NCBI RefSeq assembly: GCF_018350175.1 | Contig: NC_058368.1 | Span: 180,732,001 to 180,796,000 of the forward strand | Length of the DNA: 64,000 nt | Source of the DNA: Felis catus | Lineage: Eukaryota | Reading direction: 5' to 3' | In this document: one piece after another, positions 13,281 to 25,692 of the stretch | Layout of the letters: every line of letters starts with the position of its first letter | Position numbering within the stretch: the stretch's first letter is position 1 | Notes under the pieces: generated by a model | The model's input: the letters and a program-made list of their open reading frames with translations, nothing else | Told to the model about the DNA's origin: nothing | Databases searched by the model: none | Position numbers and translations under genes: made by a program

Positions 13281-15321
13281 CCAGCTCACAGCAGGACAAA
13301 TATCAGCTCCAGGCACCAGGAAAGACTAGGGATGTTTATTCATCTAGACATTCTTCTCGAATTTGCCTAATCCCCTTTCTGAGAAACCTCTTTGGCTTTC
13401 TTTTCTGCATTATATCAGAAGGGCAGAGCCACCCAGCTCAAAGGTCATCTGGTCTGGTTCTTGTACAGATACTGACCTTGAGCCTCACGTAGGTGAAATG
13501 ACTTGCCCAAGGTCATGATGACCAATGACTAGCTGAGCCAGGATTTGAAGCTTGGTCTCCTAACTTTTTGTCTGGTGCTCTCTCTACGGTCCTCTTCCAT
13601 CTCTTTAAAGAACAAAGGATTCTGAGGCCTACGTGCAATGCAATGCCATATCAGAGAACATGAGGGGACCTCAGGGAAGCCTCCTTCTCTCAGCCTTTTA
13701 AGATTTTTATTACTACTGTTTGCAAGGTAAGGGATGAGCAAAAATAACCTGTTTATAAACTAGTCAACAAAATGGGTATCATGATCCTTCCCAATCCTAA
13801 CTTCATTACATCGGGTTTCTATGACAAACTGCTTCTACTGCAGGAGCTCATTCACAACGAGAAACTAAAATCACCATTTTTCTAATTCTACCTGGTCCAA
13901 GGATACCATGGTCGATACAGACACAGCTCCCTCCTGCACAGAAGCTGGGCAATATTTCAGGAGTGAGGAATGAGTTAGAGAAATAAGGATGCTGAGCAAA
14001 TCCTGCATGTAATTCTCATGTCAATTTGGTCATTTGTTCAGCAAAGCCAAATTAGGCACACGGGGAGACTGCTAGTGTTCTTTTCAATGTTTAATTTCTG
14101 ACATGGTTCTCTCAAGGATTTTTTTTTCTGACTCAGAAATAAAAAATCTTGTATGAGCAAATTGGGCTTGATCTTTCTCTTAACTGGTTTTTAGTTAAGT
14201 GGATTTTACATGCCTAACCTGAAACATTTTAGAGTTGATTCTAATGGAAAGAAACATTGCATTAAAAAATTAGTTCTTTCTCTCAGAGCCTGATGACACA
14301 GGAGGAAATAAAAACCCAGAAATCCGGTAGTCCTGGTCCTCTGATATGTTTAACATAACAGGGTCAGCTTCTCACTGAGAGAAAGATTATCTGGTAGAAG
14401 AAAAAAAGGATACTTTGTTTTTGGAATGCAAGCCACCTGTATTGTAAAAAAAGAACTACATTTTCATCTTCAATTAGATAAATGACACAATTAGACTTAT
14501 TTTGAGTTTGTGACAATTTACTTAATAGAACTAATTTCAGGGGTTTTATGTGACACTCAAGTCCCACACATTTCTTTCCTGCTAAAGGTACACATTTCTC
14601 TCAACAGGTAGCAACATGGTAACTACTGTGGCACTTTTGGCTTATACAAAGCACTGTGATGACAGCAGAAAGACACTCCACATTGTTCATTATTAACCGC
14701 CCTCCCCTCTTTGGCTTGTGCTCCACTCCTCCCCCCCCCCCCCCCCCAACAATCTCTAAAAGATCCCAATTCTGGTATAATCCAATTCACCTCCAGGTGG
14801 GGGTTGGTGTCTCCTCTGATCCCAGCCAGGGAAGAGAGATTCTCCCTGTCCTGCATGTTCAGAGCTCAAGAAAGGTGAACCTGTTTGTGAAATCCCCCCA
14901 CTTGTTTTTTACTACTTAGTTCTTTTAGACTTAACTTTCTAAATTGTGTCCCTTCTGGTCTTATCTGGTTTCAGCTAATCTTTACTTTAATACAGGACAC
15001 TAATGAGGTAGGTATTTTATTATCCCTATTTGTCAGATAAAGCAACAGAGACTTGTTGCAGATACAGAACACACCCAAGGTGGAGAGTTGCCAGTTGTTG
15101 TTTTTAAAACTATTAAATCTGGCATCCCAATCCCATAGTTAGGACTAATTCTCAGAGACCTCACTGTCCTTCTGCAGCCCCAGGAATAACCTCCTAACTA
15201 GTGTCCCCAGATCCTCTGAGCTTCGCTCCAGAACTGTCAGAAAGAAATGCCCAGGGGAACCAGAGTTGGGTCTAACCTCTGAACTTCTCTGGTTCTCTAC
15301 CCAGAATGTTATTTGCATTCT

Positions 15322-15760
15322 GCTTCTGGTCCAACAGAAACAGAATGCAAGCCACATGTGTCATTTAAAATTTTCTAGTAATCACATTAGTAAGTAAAAA
15401 CAAATTTAATACTATGTTTTTTAACCCTATATCCAAAATATTATCAGCTCAGTATGCATTCAACATAACAACCATTAATGAGGTATTATACACTTTTTTT
15501 TGCACTATGTCTCCCAAATCTGGTGTTTTACCCTTAGAGCTTATCTCAATACAGATGCTAAATTTTCAGTGGTTAAAGTGAAACGTGGTCCTTCCAAAAC
15601 AATAAAAGTATGTTAAATAGGTAAATGTTTTCTACTCCTTCAGTTTTAAAATTTAAATTAATTACAGTGAAAATAAAGTGAAAGATCAGTTCTTTAGTCA
15701 CACTGACCAAGTTTTAAGTACTCAGTAGCCATATGTGGCTGCTAGACAGAGTAGTTCTAG
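15322..15760. mobile_element. MER33/Charlie-like hAT DNA transposon relic
   Basis: gtccaacagaaacagaatgcaagccacatgtgtcatttaaaattttctagtaatcacatt...atccaaaatattatca...aagtactcagtagccatatgtggct matches MER33-type termini. Confidence 0.75.
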
Positions 15761-15854
15761 ACTACTGTGGCTTTGCAGGGTTCTCCTAGGCTCCTCTCCT
15801 CTGTGCTCTCAGGATATTTTGTACCCACATCTATCACAGCATTTATGGCCTTAT

Positions 15855-15878
15855 TTTGTCTGTGTTTGTTTATCTTTC

Positions 15879-15934
<56 letters not shown>

Positions 15935-16113
15935 TGTGTGTGTGTGTGTGTGCGTGCCAGGTGGGGTGGGAGGGACAGAGAGTAAGGGGGCAGAGGATCC
16001 CAAGCAGGCTCTGTGCTGACAGCAGAGAGCCCAGTGTGGGGCTTGAACCCACGAACCATTAGATCATGACCTGAGCTGGTTGAATGCTCAACCGACTGAG
16101 CCACTCAGGCCCT
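15855..16113 (-). mobile_element. Can-SINE (older feliform type) with expanded (GA)n and (GT)n
   Basis: Reverse tRNA-derived head accgactgagccactcaggccc. Degenerate TSD cagcatttatggcctta / cagtgtttatgacttta. Confidence 0.9.
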
Positions 16114-17820
16114 CAGTGTTTATGACTTTAAATGGTAATTACTTACTTACTTATCATCCTACTTGCTCCCTGCTGGGAGCACCTTCATGGGCGAGAGTGA
16201 GTCTTCATCTCCCTTTTTTTGAATTTGCCCCAGCAAGTGGCATCAGGCCTAAACACAATGGCATTCAATAAATATTTCCTAAATGAAAGAATGGTTTGGA
16301 ATTGAGTTTAAAAACTCCTAATTAGTTGGGTCTTATGGTGTGCCAGGCTAAGAGCAATAACGGTAATAGTAATAAGCGATTTGTATGGAATTCTGACGTT
16401 GTGCCAGGTTCTCAATTCCTACCTGCTTTAGAGACATTTCTCTTGATCACTACCTCCTGCCCCCAGGCACCTTTGAGGGCGGAACCATTATTCCCATTTT
16501 CCAGATGAGAAAACGGAGGCTTAGAGAGATTAAATAATGTGCCCACTCCCACACAGCTGCTAAGTGCCAGAGCCAGACATGTGCAGAAGCATCTTCACCC
16601 CTTGGCAGGGCTTCCCTCACCTCAGTCTTCAATGACCATGGTCATGACTTTTACTAAAGCCGAGAGCCACTTGTACTGGCACATCCTTGCCACACTTAAA
16701 AAGCAGTCCCCCTTTTAAAAACTCTAATCCATTCAGCCTCATCCCAAAATAGTATCTGTGAAATAAAACTCTTGCTGTATTAGTTATAAGGCTTTGTGAT
16801 ACATTCAAGTAAACATAACTATTGAAGTAAAACAACACGGCCACATACCACACAAGGTCATACCCTGTAGGTTCTACCAGTGGTATGCCTACCATACTTG
16901 GGGAAACGTGAACTTGTAACTTCTGTCTTTCTGTCCCCATAGGCCAAGCATTATTTCTGTGTTTTCTGCCCTCAGTGGCAGTCTAACAAGGGAGGAGCAG
17001 TAGAGGAACAGGCTGGAAGGAAGGTTTCCCCATGCCTACCTCATATTCCTAGTATAAAAGCAAAACACAAGACCTAACCTCCCACCCCTCCACCTTGTGG
17101 GTTTTTCTTCACTTCTTCAGGGCCAGAGGACAAACACTGCTTCAGGGAGGCTACATCCATGGAATCAGTCCTTCCTGCTGAGGGATTTCCTATCTTATGC
17201 TAGGTAATACCAAGAGAGTCTGGAGTCTGTTAGAATCCAAGAGCCCCATCCTCCCCACCTGCCTTTTCCCCAGCCCTGTGGGGGAGGGGCTCCATAGTCC
17301 ATACCACCACAGTTGTGTTCTTGGGCATTGCAATTTCTACTTACTTCACAAATTCACCAGCAATCATTATACCTCAGATACTGCAAACCCTAAATGCAAT
17401 TTTCAGTAAGAATAACAGCCTACACTAATATAGTGCTGACTGTATGCTAGCCACTGTTCTAAAAACTTTAAATATGTAGACATGAAATTGTCATTTCTGA
17501 TAGATCAACTGTGATAGAATATCAGTAGTTTTACATGTTCCATCTTAAATAAATTAATCACTTAATACAACAGCTCTAAAGACAAATACTTTTATTATAC
17601 CCATTTAGAGCTGAAGAAAGTATGGGAGAGAGATTAAGTAACTTGCTTAAGGTCATTCTGTCAATAACAGTAGAGTGGGGCTTTGAACTTGGGGACTCTG
17701 GCTCAGAGCTCTGAACTGCAATGCTTTCTGCCACTTACAGTACAAGTATCATAAAAAGAATGCTGTCTTGTACCTAAAGGCTGGAGTCTGTATTTCAGAC
17801 ATATTGGGTAAAGCATACTT

Positions 17821-18021
17821 AAAAAAATTTTTTTTAACATTTATTTATTATTTAGAGACAGGGGAGAGTCAGAGAGAAGGAGAGACACAGAATCCAAAGC
17901 AGGCTCCATGCTCTGAGCTGTCAGCACAGAGCCCAATATGGGGCTTGAACTCACAAACTGCAAGATAATGACCTGAGCTGAAATTGGATGTAAGCATCCA
18001 ACTGAGCCACCCAGACGTCCC
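17821..18021 (-). mobile_element. Can-SINE
   Basis: Reverse head actgagccacccagacgtccc. 17-bp TSD ttgggtaaagcatactt (17804-17820) / ttggataaagcatactt (18022-18038). Confidence 0.93.
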
Positions 18022-18054
18022 TTGGATAAAGCATACTTTTGCGGAAACAACAGA

Positions 18055-18310
18055 ACATGGTAGTTAGAGAAGCTTTGGAATCAGACAGACCTGGCTTCAA
18101 ATCCAGGTCTAGGCCCTGGACCATAGTATCTGTGAGGCTCTGGGAAAGTGTGCTTTTTGATTTTTGATCTTGTGGACCCTCAGTTCCCTGATCTGCAAAG
18201 TGGGGGTGTTAAAATTCCCTAGTTCACAGTGGGGTTGCCACGCTAAATGAAACAAGGCAGGCAAAGCACTTAGCTCAGCTTGACACAGTGTGAAGAGCTC
18301 AGCCAGCAAC
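18055..18310 (+). mobile_element. MIR SINE (near full length)
   Basis: gctttggaatcagacagacctggcttcaaatccagg...cctcagttccctgatctgcaaagtggggg...aaagcacttagc. Confidence 0.7.
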
Positions 18311-19114
18311 AGTTGTGCCATGGACTGGTCAGAAATAACATTGTTCGCCTGGAAAAAGGTATCTTTCAGATTCCAAACAGCTAGGTTTCAAGCAAGTAGT
18401 CCATTCCTAAATTGGAGAGGGCCTGCCTTCTGAATGAAAACTACAGAATCCTGTGCAGGAAAACTGGAATCATGTCCTCCAGACTCATTTTGCAGAAGAG
18501 GTTACAGAGACCTAGAGGGGTTAAATACCTCGGCAGGGAGGCCAGGCATCATTTTTGAGAACCACAGATCCCTGATCTCATTCGCTTCCACCTTACTGCG
18601 CTGACTTGAAGCTGTCCTTCTGGAGTGATGCTTTAAAGAGGAGTCTCAGACCTGCTGACCTGAATCACCTATTTCATGCACGTGTGGTATCACTGGCAGC
18701 ACTAAGCAGCGTTTGGGAGGTGCAGTTGGGGTAGGAATGGGAATTCTTAATGATTTCCACCAACTTTCTCCAAAGCAACCACAAATATACAGCTTCTAAG
18801 TAAAACCTGTGTGTTTCCTATGCAAATGTAGCTTCAAGAAAAGGCCTCAAGCCTCCCTTTCTCTACTCGGATCGCCACCTCGAATCCTCTCCTATGTTAA
18901 TATTTTGGAGAACCACTGCATAAAAACACATTAAATGGCAATATTTTCTGAATTTAACCTTATATCTGCAAATTCAGGGTGCTCATGTGATGAGCCGTAA
19001 CAGGACAAAGGCTTGTGTCATGTGGGAGAGCTCTGTTAATAAACATTTCCTAATCTGCTATTCTGTGCCTGGTGCTGAGCTAGGCTCTGGGGGTGCAGGG
19101 ATGACTAAGACAAA

Positions 19115-19312
19115 GCTGTCCTCAAAAAACTTAGTCCTGGCCAGCCCTTACCAGCAGGATCGGAATTCTTTGAGAACTTATTAGAAATGCAAATTATTGG
19201 GCCTCATTCCAGACCAGCAAATCAGAAACTCCAGCAGGTGCGGGACCCAGGTATCTGTGGATTGAGGGACCTGTAGGTGATTCTGATGAACTCTCAGGCC
19301 TGTGACCCACTG
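19115..19312. mobile_element. MER5A-like hAT-Charlie MITE
   Basis: gaacttattagaaatgcaaattattgggcctcattccagaccagcaaatcagaaactcc...aggtgattctgatg...ccactg. Confidence 0.75.
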
Positions 19313-20680
19313 GAAGTGTGTGAAGCAAGGCTGATGGCAATTAGGGAAAGGTAACATGAAGGGAAGGAAAAAGCTCCCCTTGTCTGTTTCCAGGAAGGTG
19401 GAGAAGGTGAGAGAGCCCCAAACCCTCCCTCCAGGTACACTAGGTCTATGCCTACAGGGGCAGGATGTCAGAAACAGTCTGGAAGAAGCAATATAGAAAA
19501 GAGACATTCAAGCCAGGGTGGAAAGATGGAAAAAAATGCCAGACCCAGACTTGGGCCAAAGCAAAATGGTCAAGCAGGTAAAGTTGCTTCTTAGCATGTC
19601 TGCTCCCCTTTCAGTATCTGCTCTGTGTCTGTTCTGCCTGTCCAAGACGGACAGTTATCAGACAGACTCACTGTCACTTCCAAACTCAGCCGTGCCACTT
19701 GTATGAATGCTTTCCCATCACGTTGGAAGTTTCCTGGACTCCCCTCCAATTCTCTCAGAACTGTGCTTTCCAAACTATCAACCACTTCCAGAGAACTTAA
19801 AAAAATCTGTTGGAACTAGATATGTGAATTCATCCACAGCTCTCCCAAGCACTCACATTTTCTACCATTAATGGATGTGCCATTACAAAGGAGATTAATG
19901 ATTTAAGTCAAACATATAAACTCTAAAGGTAGAGATTTTAGGCATGATGCCAATTAGGGCAAGGGAGATATTTTTAGAGAGAAGGTATTGTAGACAGTGG
20001 CTCTGAGATGGCAAGAAGGGAAGGTTTCCCCCTCTACTCTGGTTAGCCTTGGCCATGGAGGTGCTGACCAGGTGCAGATGGGCCTTGGGGGATCTCTGGT
20101 CTGTTTGCCAGAATGACTGCAACCCCTTCCCTGCTATCAGGCACAGAGCCACCCAAAGCCAATGATCCACTGGGGTAGTTGTGGTGGGGGCATCTTATTG
20201 TAAATACCTGTCTGTAAGCACTCCCATGGAAAGTCCATTTTGTATAGTCCATGAGGCTGAACTCAGGAGTTTGAGCTATGTATTAGTTTAGGAATATTAG
20301 GGATTAGCTTGACCTGGCTTAAGCATAAAAGGGAAATTATTGGAAAGCTGTTAAGATAGCTCATGAAAGTGAAGGAGTAGCTGGGCAGTCAAGCCCTGTC
20401 TTTATTCTCTGTCACTGGGCTTTCTCCATGAGATGGAGACAACGGTCATAAAGAACACCAGAATCATAACCCCATGCCCTTGGGCCACAAAGAGAAGAGA
20501 GCTTTATTTTTTCAAATTCACATATAGGCATCTTAGGCAAGGACTCTGGTTGTCTTGGTTGGGGGTCACTGGCCTTCCTTAGGCCAGTCACTGTAAGATG
20601 ACACTGTGAACTCTGTCTGGGTGCCAGGTTGGACCAAGATAAGACATGAAGAGTGTTGAGTATAGACCTGGCCACCAAGT

Positions 20681-20835
20681 AAAGTTGCCAGATTCAGCAA
20701 ATAAAAATACAAGATGCCAGTTAAATTGGAATTTCCCATGCAATATTCCGGGCATACTTATACTAAAAGCATTATTTTTTTGTTTGTCTGAAACTCAAAT
20801 TCAACTGGGCATCCTGTGTTGAATCTGCCAACCCT
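20681..20835. mobile_element. MER53-like palindromic MITE, left arm partly deleted
   Basis: Terminal inverted repeats gttgccagattcagca / tgttgaatctgccaac. Internal ccatgcaatatt...catacttatactaaaa matches MER53. Confidence 0.85.
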
Positions 20836-22229
20836 ATCACCAAGGGAACTGATGTGAGTCATTCGGGTTTCCCATGTTGTATCTACAACAAGTTGTTTAA
20901 AACCTTGAAGAAGTACAGAGTTCTTTCTAGAGGAAACCAGTGTCCATGCCTGGAGGTACCCCTGAGCCCATTCTCCATGATGGGTTGGCTGTCTGACCAG
21001 AAGGGAATCTGTATCAGGCATCTACACTTTCCACAAAGTTTCACAACTGCCTGGCTGTCTTATGTAAAGCACATGGGTTACTCTTTTTATCAATCATACT
21101 GATCCTTTGGTGGGACTTAAGGAATTCATCAGAAAATTCAGCTAGGATCAAATTGTGAGTCTACTCTTGCCAAAGCTCCTAGAGCAATCTGATATTGATA
21201 GTGTCAGCGTGAGACTAACTAGCTGGTGGGTACCCATCTCTCAGGCTGGGTGTTGGTTTCCTCCTCTTGGGAGGCTGACCACAACCAGTTTGTAAGGTTG
21301 GCTGCTCCTTAGTCTCAGCTAAACATTTGGAACCTAAAGATCTCTGCAAGCTCCATTTTCACCAATGGCGTTGATCCCTATAAATATTTACTAAACTTGC
21401 TCTGTAGTCAAGGCACAGCCATTTTTTCTTTTCCTCTGGAAGAAAGTTTATTACAGAAAGTAATAGGTGATGTCTTCTTACTACCCCATAAATCTGCTAT
21501 AGTACCTGTGTGCTGAACTTCTTAGACAGCAAGAACAAACAGTTGTTGCTGAAACCTTCCACACAGAGGAAAACAATAAAACCAGAAGCAAAAGCAAAAC
21601 AACAAGCAAAACTTATACAGAGATTTTTTTCTCTGTTAGAATATTTAACACAAGGTCAAGCTGCCCAAAGCTGAAGTTCTATTATATTTCCTAAAGTAGG
21701 AAAACCAAACAGTTCAATTTTTCTTTAGACAACATTTTCTTATTCTAGTGATCAGCAGTGAATTTTTCAGCACCAAGTATCCAAAAAATAACCCTGAGCT
21801 ATGGGGTGCATACCCAAACTCGGATTTAGGACACACAAAGCCAGTCCAGGGGCAAGGTCAGTTCTAGACAAGATGTGGAGTTAAGTAACTTTTGCTTTGT
21901 GTTCTCCAATCTGTTAACAGAAGTGATGGTTGGTGCCTGAGAAACTCTGGGTAAATTATATGATAGTTTTAGTGAAGTAAAAAGCCAGTTTCATGGCCTC
22001 TCAGCAGCGTATTTAGATTTAAGGAGAAAACTGTATTTCTTTTTTTCTGAGAAAGCCCCATGCACTTAGGATAAACTCCTTAATGAAGTGCCAATGATCT
22101 CAGAGTTGACCTTCAGTGTCCTTTCCACACAGCCTGTGCTGCATACCATGGTCAGGAGCCAACTTTGATCAGGTGAGGGTGACTTGGTTCTCTATAGGCT
22201 TTCTGGGAAATGTGCTTCAGGGTCATCTC

Positions 22230-22233
<4 letters not shown>

Positions 22234-22278
<45 letters not shown>

Positions 22279-22301
22279 CGTGTGTGCACACACGCGTGCG
22301 C
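22234..22301. repeat. (GT)n(GC)n compound microsatellite, 68 bp of perfect purine-pyrimidine alternation
   Basis: Read directly from the sequence. Confidence 0.95.
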
Positions 22302-22660
22302 CAGCGTCTGTGTGGTGTGGGTAATTTTCTGGCAGGTGTACATGTGACCACTTTGTCCATGGGAGGGATTATTATTTTAATAAGTTGCTTTAACTAGTTA
22401 ATTTTTGCTGAGATAGTCCTTTTCTATACTCCGAATTTGATATCCTTATTTTTTATATAGAAACTGGAAAGCTGATTGACCCTTGCATGGATACTGAGTG
22501 GTTCTATTTGGGTATGCTGCTGTATATCCTTGAAGGGCAATGACTAAGTTTGTCTGGTTCACTATTGTACACCCAGAACCTAGCACAGTAAAAAGTCTTT
22601 ATTCAGCGCCTTCCTTTGCTGAGCACTGTGCTAAAGGTTATTTAAGAACTATCTCATTTA

Positions 22661-22873
22661 GGGGTGCCTGGGTGGTTTTATTGGTTAAGTGTCTGACTTC
22701 AGCTCAGATCATGGTCTCATAGTTCATGAGTTCTAGCCCCATGTTGGGCTCTGTGCTGACAGTACAGAGCCTGGAGCCTGCTTCAGATTTGGTGTCTCCC
22801 TCTTGCTCTCTGCCCTTCCCTCACTCATGCTCTTTCTCTCTCAAAAATAAACATTAAAAAAAATTTAAAAAAG
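22661..22873 (+). mobile_element. Can-SINE inserted into a MIR
   Basis: Head ggggtgcctgggtgg, CT-rich tail, aataaa and A-tail. Perfect 15-bp TSD gaactatctcattta (22646-22660 / 22874-22888). MIR sequence resumes at ~22890-23055. Confidence 0.95.
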
Positions 22874-25657
22874 GAACTATCTCATTTAATCTTTACAAAA
22901 GCCCTATAAGACAACACTTTTATTGTGCCCACTTTACAAGGAGGAAACTGAGTCACAGGGAGGCTAAGAATCTTGCTGTGCTCATGTAGCTAGTAAGTAG
23001 AAAAACTGGGATTTGATCCTGAGCAGTCCGGATTCTGGAGCCCGTTCTCTTACCTTGTACCAGAAAACAATTGTTTTATAAATACATGAATAAGTGGATG
23101 ACTAGTACCCTAAGATTAAAGTGCTTGGTGACAAAACTGTGGTCTGACCCTTAGTTGTCAGGCCCAGAATTCACATAAAATTCTCAAAAAGTACTGTCCA
23201 TTTCTGCATTTCTCCTTCTGACTCAAGTCTGTGACCTTCTAGATCCTCTGCTGCTCACTCTGATTCCACCCTCCAGAATGTGTGTCATTCTTACAGTTCT
23301 ATGACATGAACTCCCTGTTCTGGGATTGCTGACTGCTGATCCCCATGCCAGTGGATAAATATTTAGGGGGACACCGCTTCTGAGTGCTATTTGCACTTTC
23401 AGAGTGGCCCTCAACATTCAAAGGAACTGTAGGCCAAGCCTCCTGATGTAAGGACAAAGTTCCTTGTTAGTGTAGCTACCCCTCCCCCCCAAGACCCAGA
23501 AGAGGCCCGCCTAATTTCACACCTTGAAAAGAACAAAGAAATATAAAAGATCCAAACTGCAATCATTCCCCAGATCACTGAACAGATCACTCTGATTTAG
23601 AAGTTGTTGTTTTTTCCTCAGGTCACTCATCCACTCCCAGCACAGCCTGGGGAGGGGAGGATCACACCCTCTGAGCTGAGATGGTAGCTGTCTCAAACAG
23701 GGAGATCAAATCCCAACCTCAAGACCCACTGGCAAATTAAGCCCTTCTTGCCGGGTAATGCTACTCATTGTGGGAGTTACGTTAACTTATGGGTGGTCTC
23801 TTCACGTTCAGAACTTTGCCTCCATCTTTTCATGTGTGATTTATACAAGCAAATCTTGAATGGTGGAGTTTCTGCCATTCCACAGGACATGTGCTTCTCT
23901 AAATCTATACCAAAAAGGCAGCCTACTTGATCTACAAATATGTTTGCTCTTTGTAACTCAAGCCTAGTCAGTAGACAAGAGAACATGGAAGAAAAATCTA
24001 CCCATATTCTACTCTGCTCCCCAATCAAACCACATACACCCAATACTTGGGGCTTCTTTTTACCACATCGATTCCAATTTTCAATTCCTGTTGGAGATAC
24101 CTAGTGTTCTCACTATCGCATCATCTGTCGATGTCCACTATCCAAAGGAACAATTATCTAACACCAAAACACAGGGAATGTACAAAAACACAAAAAAAGA
24201 GAAAGAAAGATTCTACTTTCCAAACCAATTTCCAGGAACTGCTACTAAAGACAAGTATCAAACACTTTTCTACTTTAATCATTTTCAAAACTTTTAATGA
24301 ATCTCCTCTTTTAAACAAATAATGCCATTAGCATGGATGCTATGCAAATGAAATGCAGGGCCTGCTTTTGTTTGGCTTCCTTGAAATTGTTTCAGAAACC
24401 TGATCACATCAAATATTTTTCAGTTTATGCAAAACAGAACCTCTCAATACATTTTTTTTGAAGAGTATGTAGTTTTTCATTTGCATGTTGGTCCCAAGTG
24501 GTAAATTTACACTTTGAATGTAGGATTAACAAATTTCCATGTCTGAACTGCATTTTGAAACTTAATCATACAGAAGTTACTTTCGTATGCCAAGAGCCTT
24601 AAGAATCTGAAACTGAATGACCTTAAAGGTACCTGGATGCATGAGTTTAGCACACAGGTGGCACCAGGGACACCTGTGTCCCACAGGAACACCATTTTTG
24701 CAGTTACCTATTACATACAGTGTTCTCTCAAAAACTAATCTGTGGTCATCTTGGAAAATGCAGGAATGAGCATACACTGCCTGCAGTTAAAAAACCATTC
24801 AGATCCTGGGATCCACAGATCTGCATCCAAAACCCCTTTTTCAAACTGCTCTTTCTCAGTTTGGCAAGCAGGCCGGCCGGTGCCACTCTCTCACTGTCAA
24901 TGAACAACATTATGGCTTGAGAGAGCTATGCATGATCACACTTACTGTAGCATCAACTATTTTTTTCTTAATTGTCCTGAGATCCTAGAAAGGAAACAAG
25001 CGTCTGTGCTGACAGAGGAGCTCAGCGTGAACTCTCATTTTTCACATGGAGCTAATTAAAAACTGAAATTAGTTAAATATGGAAATGACACTTGCAAGCA
25101 CTTTAGTAGAATTCTGGCAAAATCCCTCTGGAGTGCTGTGACATTACCTGCTGCTTCGAAACTCCCCAACTGAATTTCACAGTTAAAAGGCTGAGCAAAG
25201 GGAAAGTTATTATTGAGATTTCGGATTCAGAATGTGTCTGTAAAACTCCAAATTAAATTTCACGGCTGGCCCTTGAGTGGTTGGCAATATATAACGCAGG
25301 CCAATAGAGTGGGCCGCTAACAATGTCCCTGCAAGCAGGCGCTCCAATTACCCCTCTTTAGGTATGGTACTGTGGGTGGCACAGTGCGACAATCAGAAGG
25401 TTAACGGATATATTTCTCTTGGAATCTGTCTCAAGGCGCTTCATACACGCGCTGATTTTAACCCAAAAAAGAGGCTGTACTCATGCATGGTAGTATGATG
25501 GGTCCAATTGTGAAAACTGAGCAGGGTTTCTTAGGGGTAACAAGACACACTTTTTACATATGAATTCTCCTCATAGGTTGGTCTATCTATAAACGTAAAG
25601 GTATATGTATACATAAATGCATATAAATGTGCATGTACATATATGTATGTACATGTC

Positions 25658-25685
<28 letters not shown>
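25658..25685. repeat. (CA)n microsatellite
   Basis: Read directly from the sequence, preceded by TA/TG-rich low complexity. Confidence 0.9.

Positions 25686-25692
<7 letters not shown>

Noticed and set aside
15735..16104. ORFs with RERE/SLSL/CVCV runs (also near 45500, 56100, 58900 and 63700)
   Set aside because: They are translations of SINE-associated or simple dinucleotide repeats.
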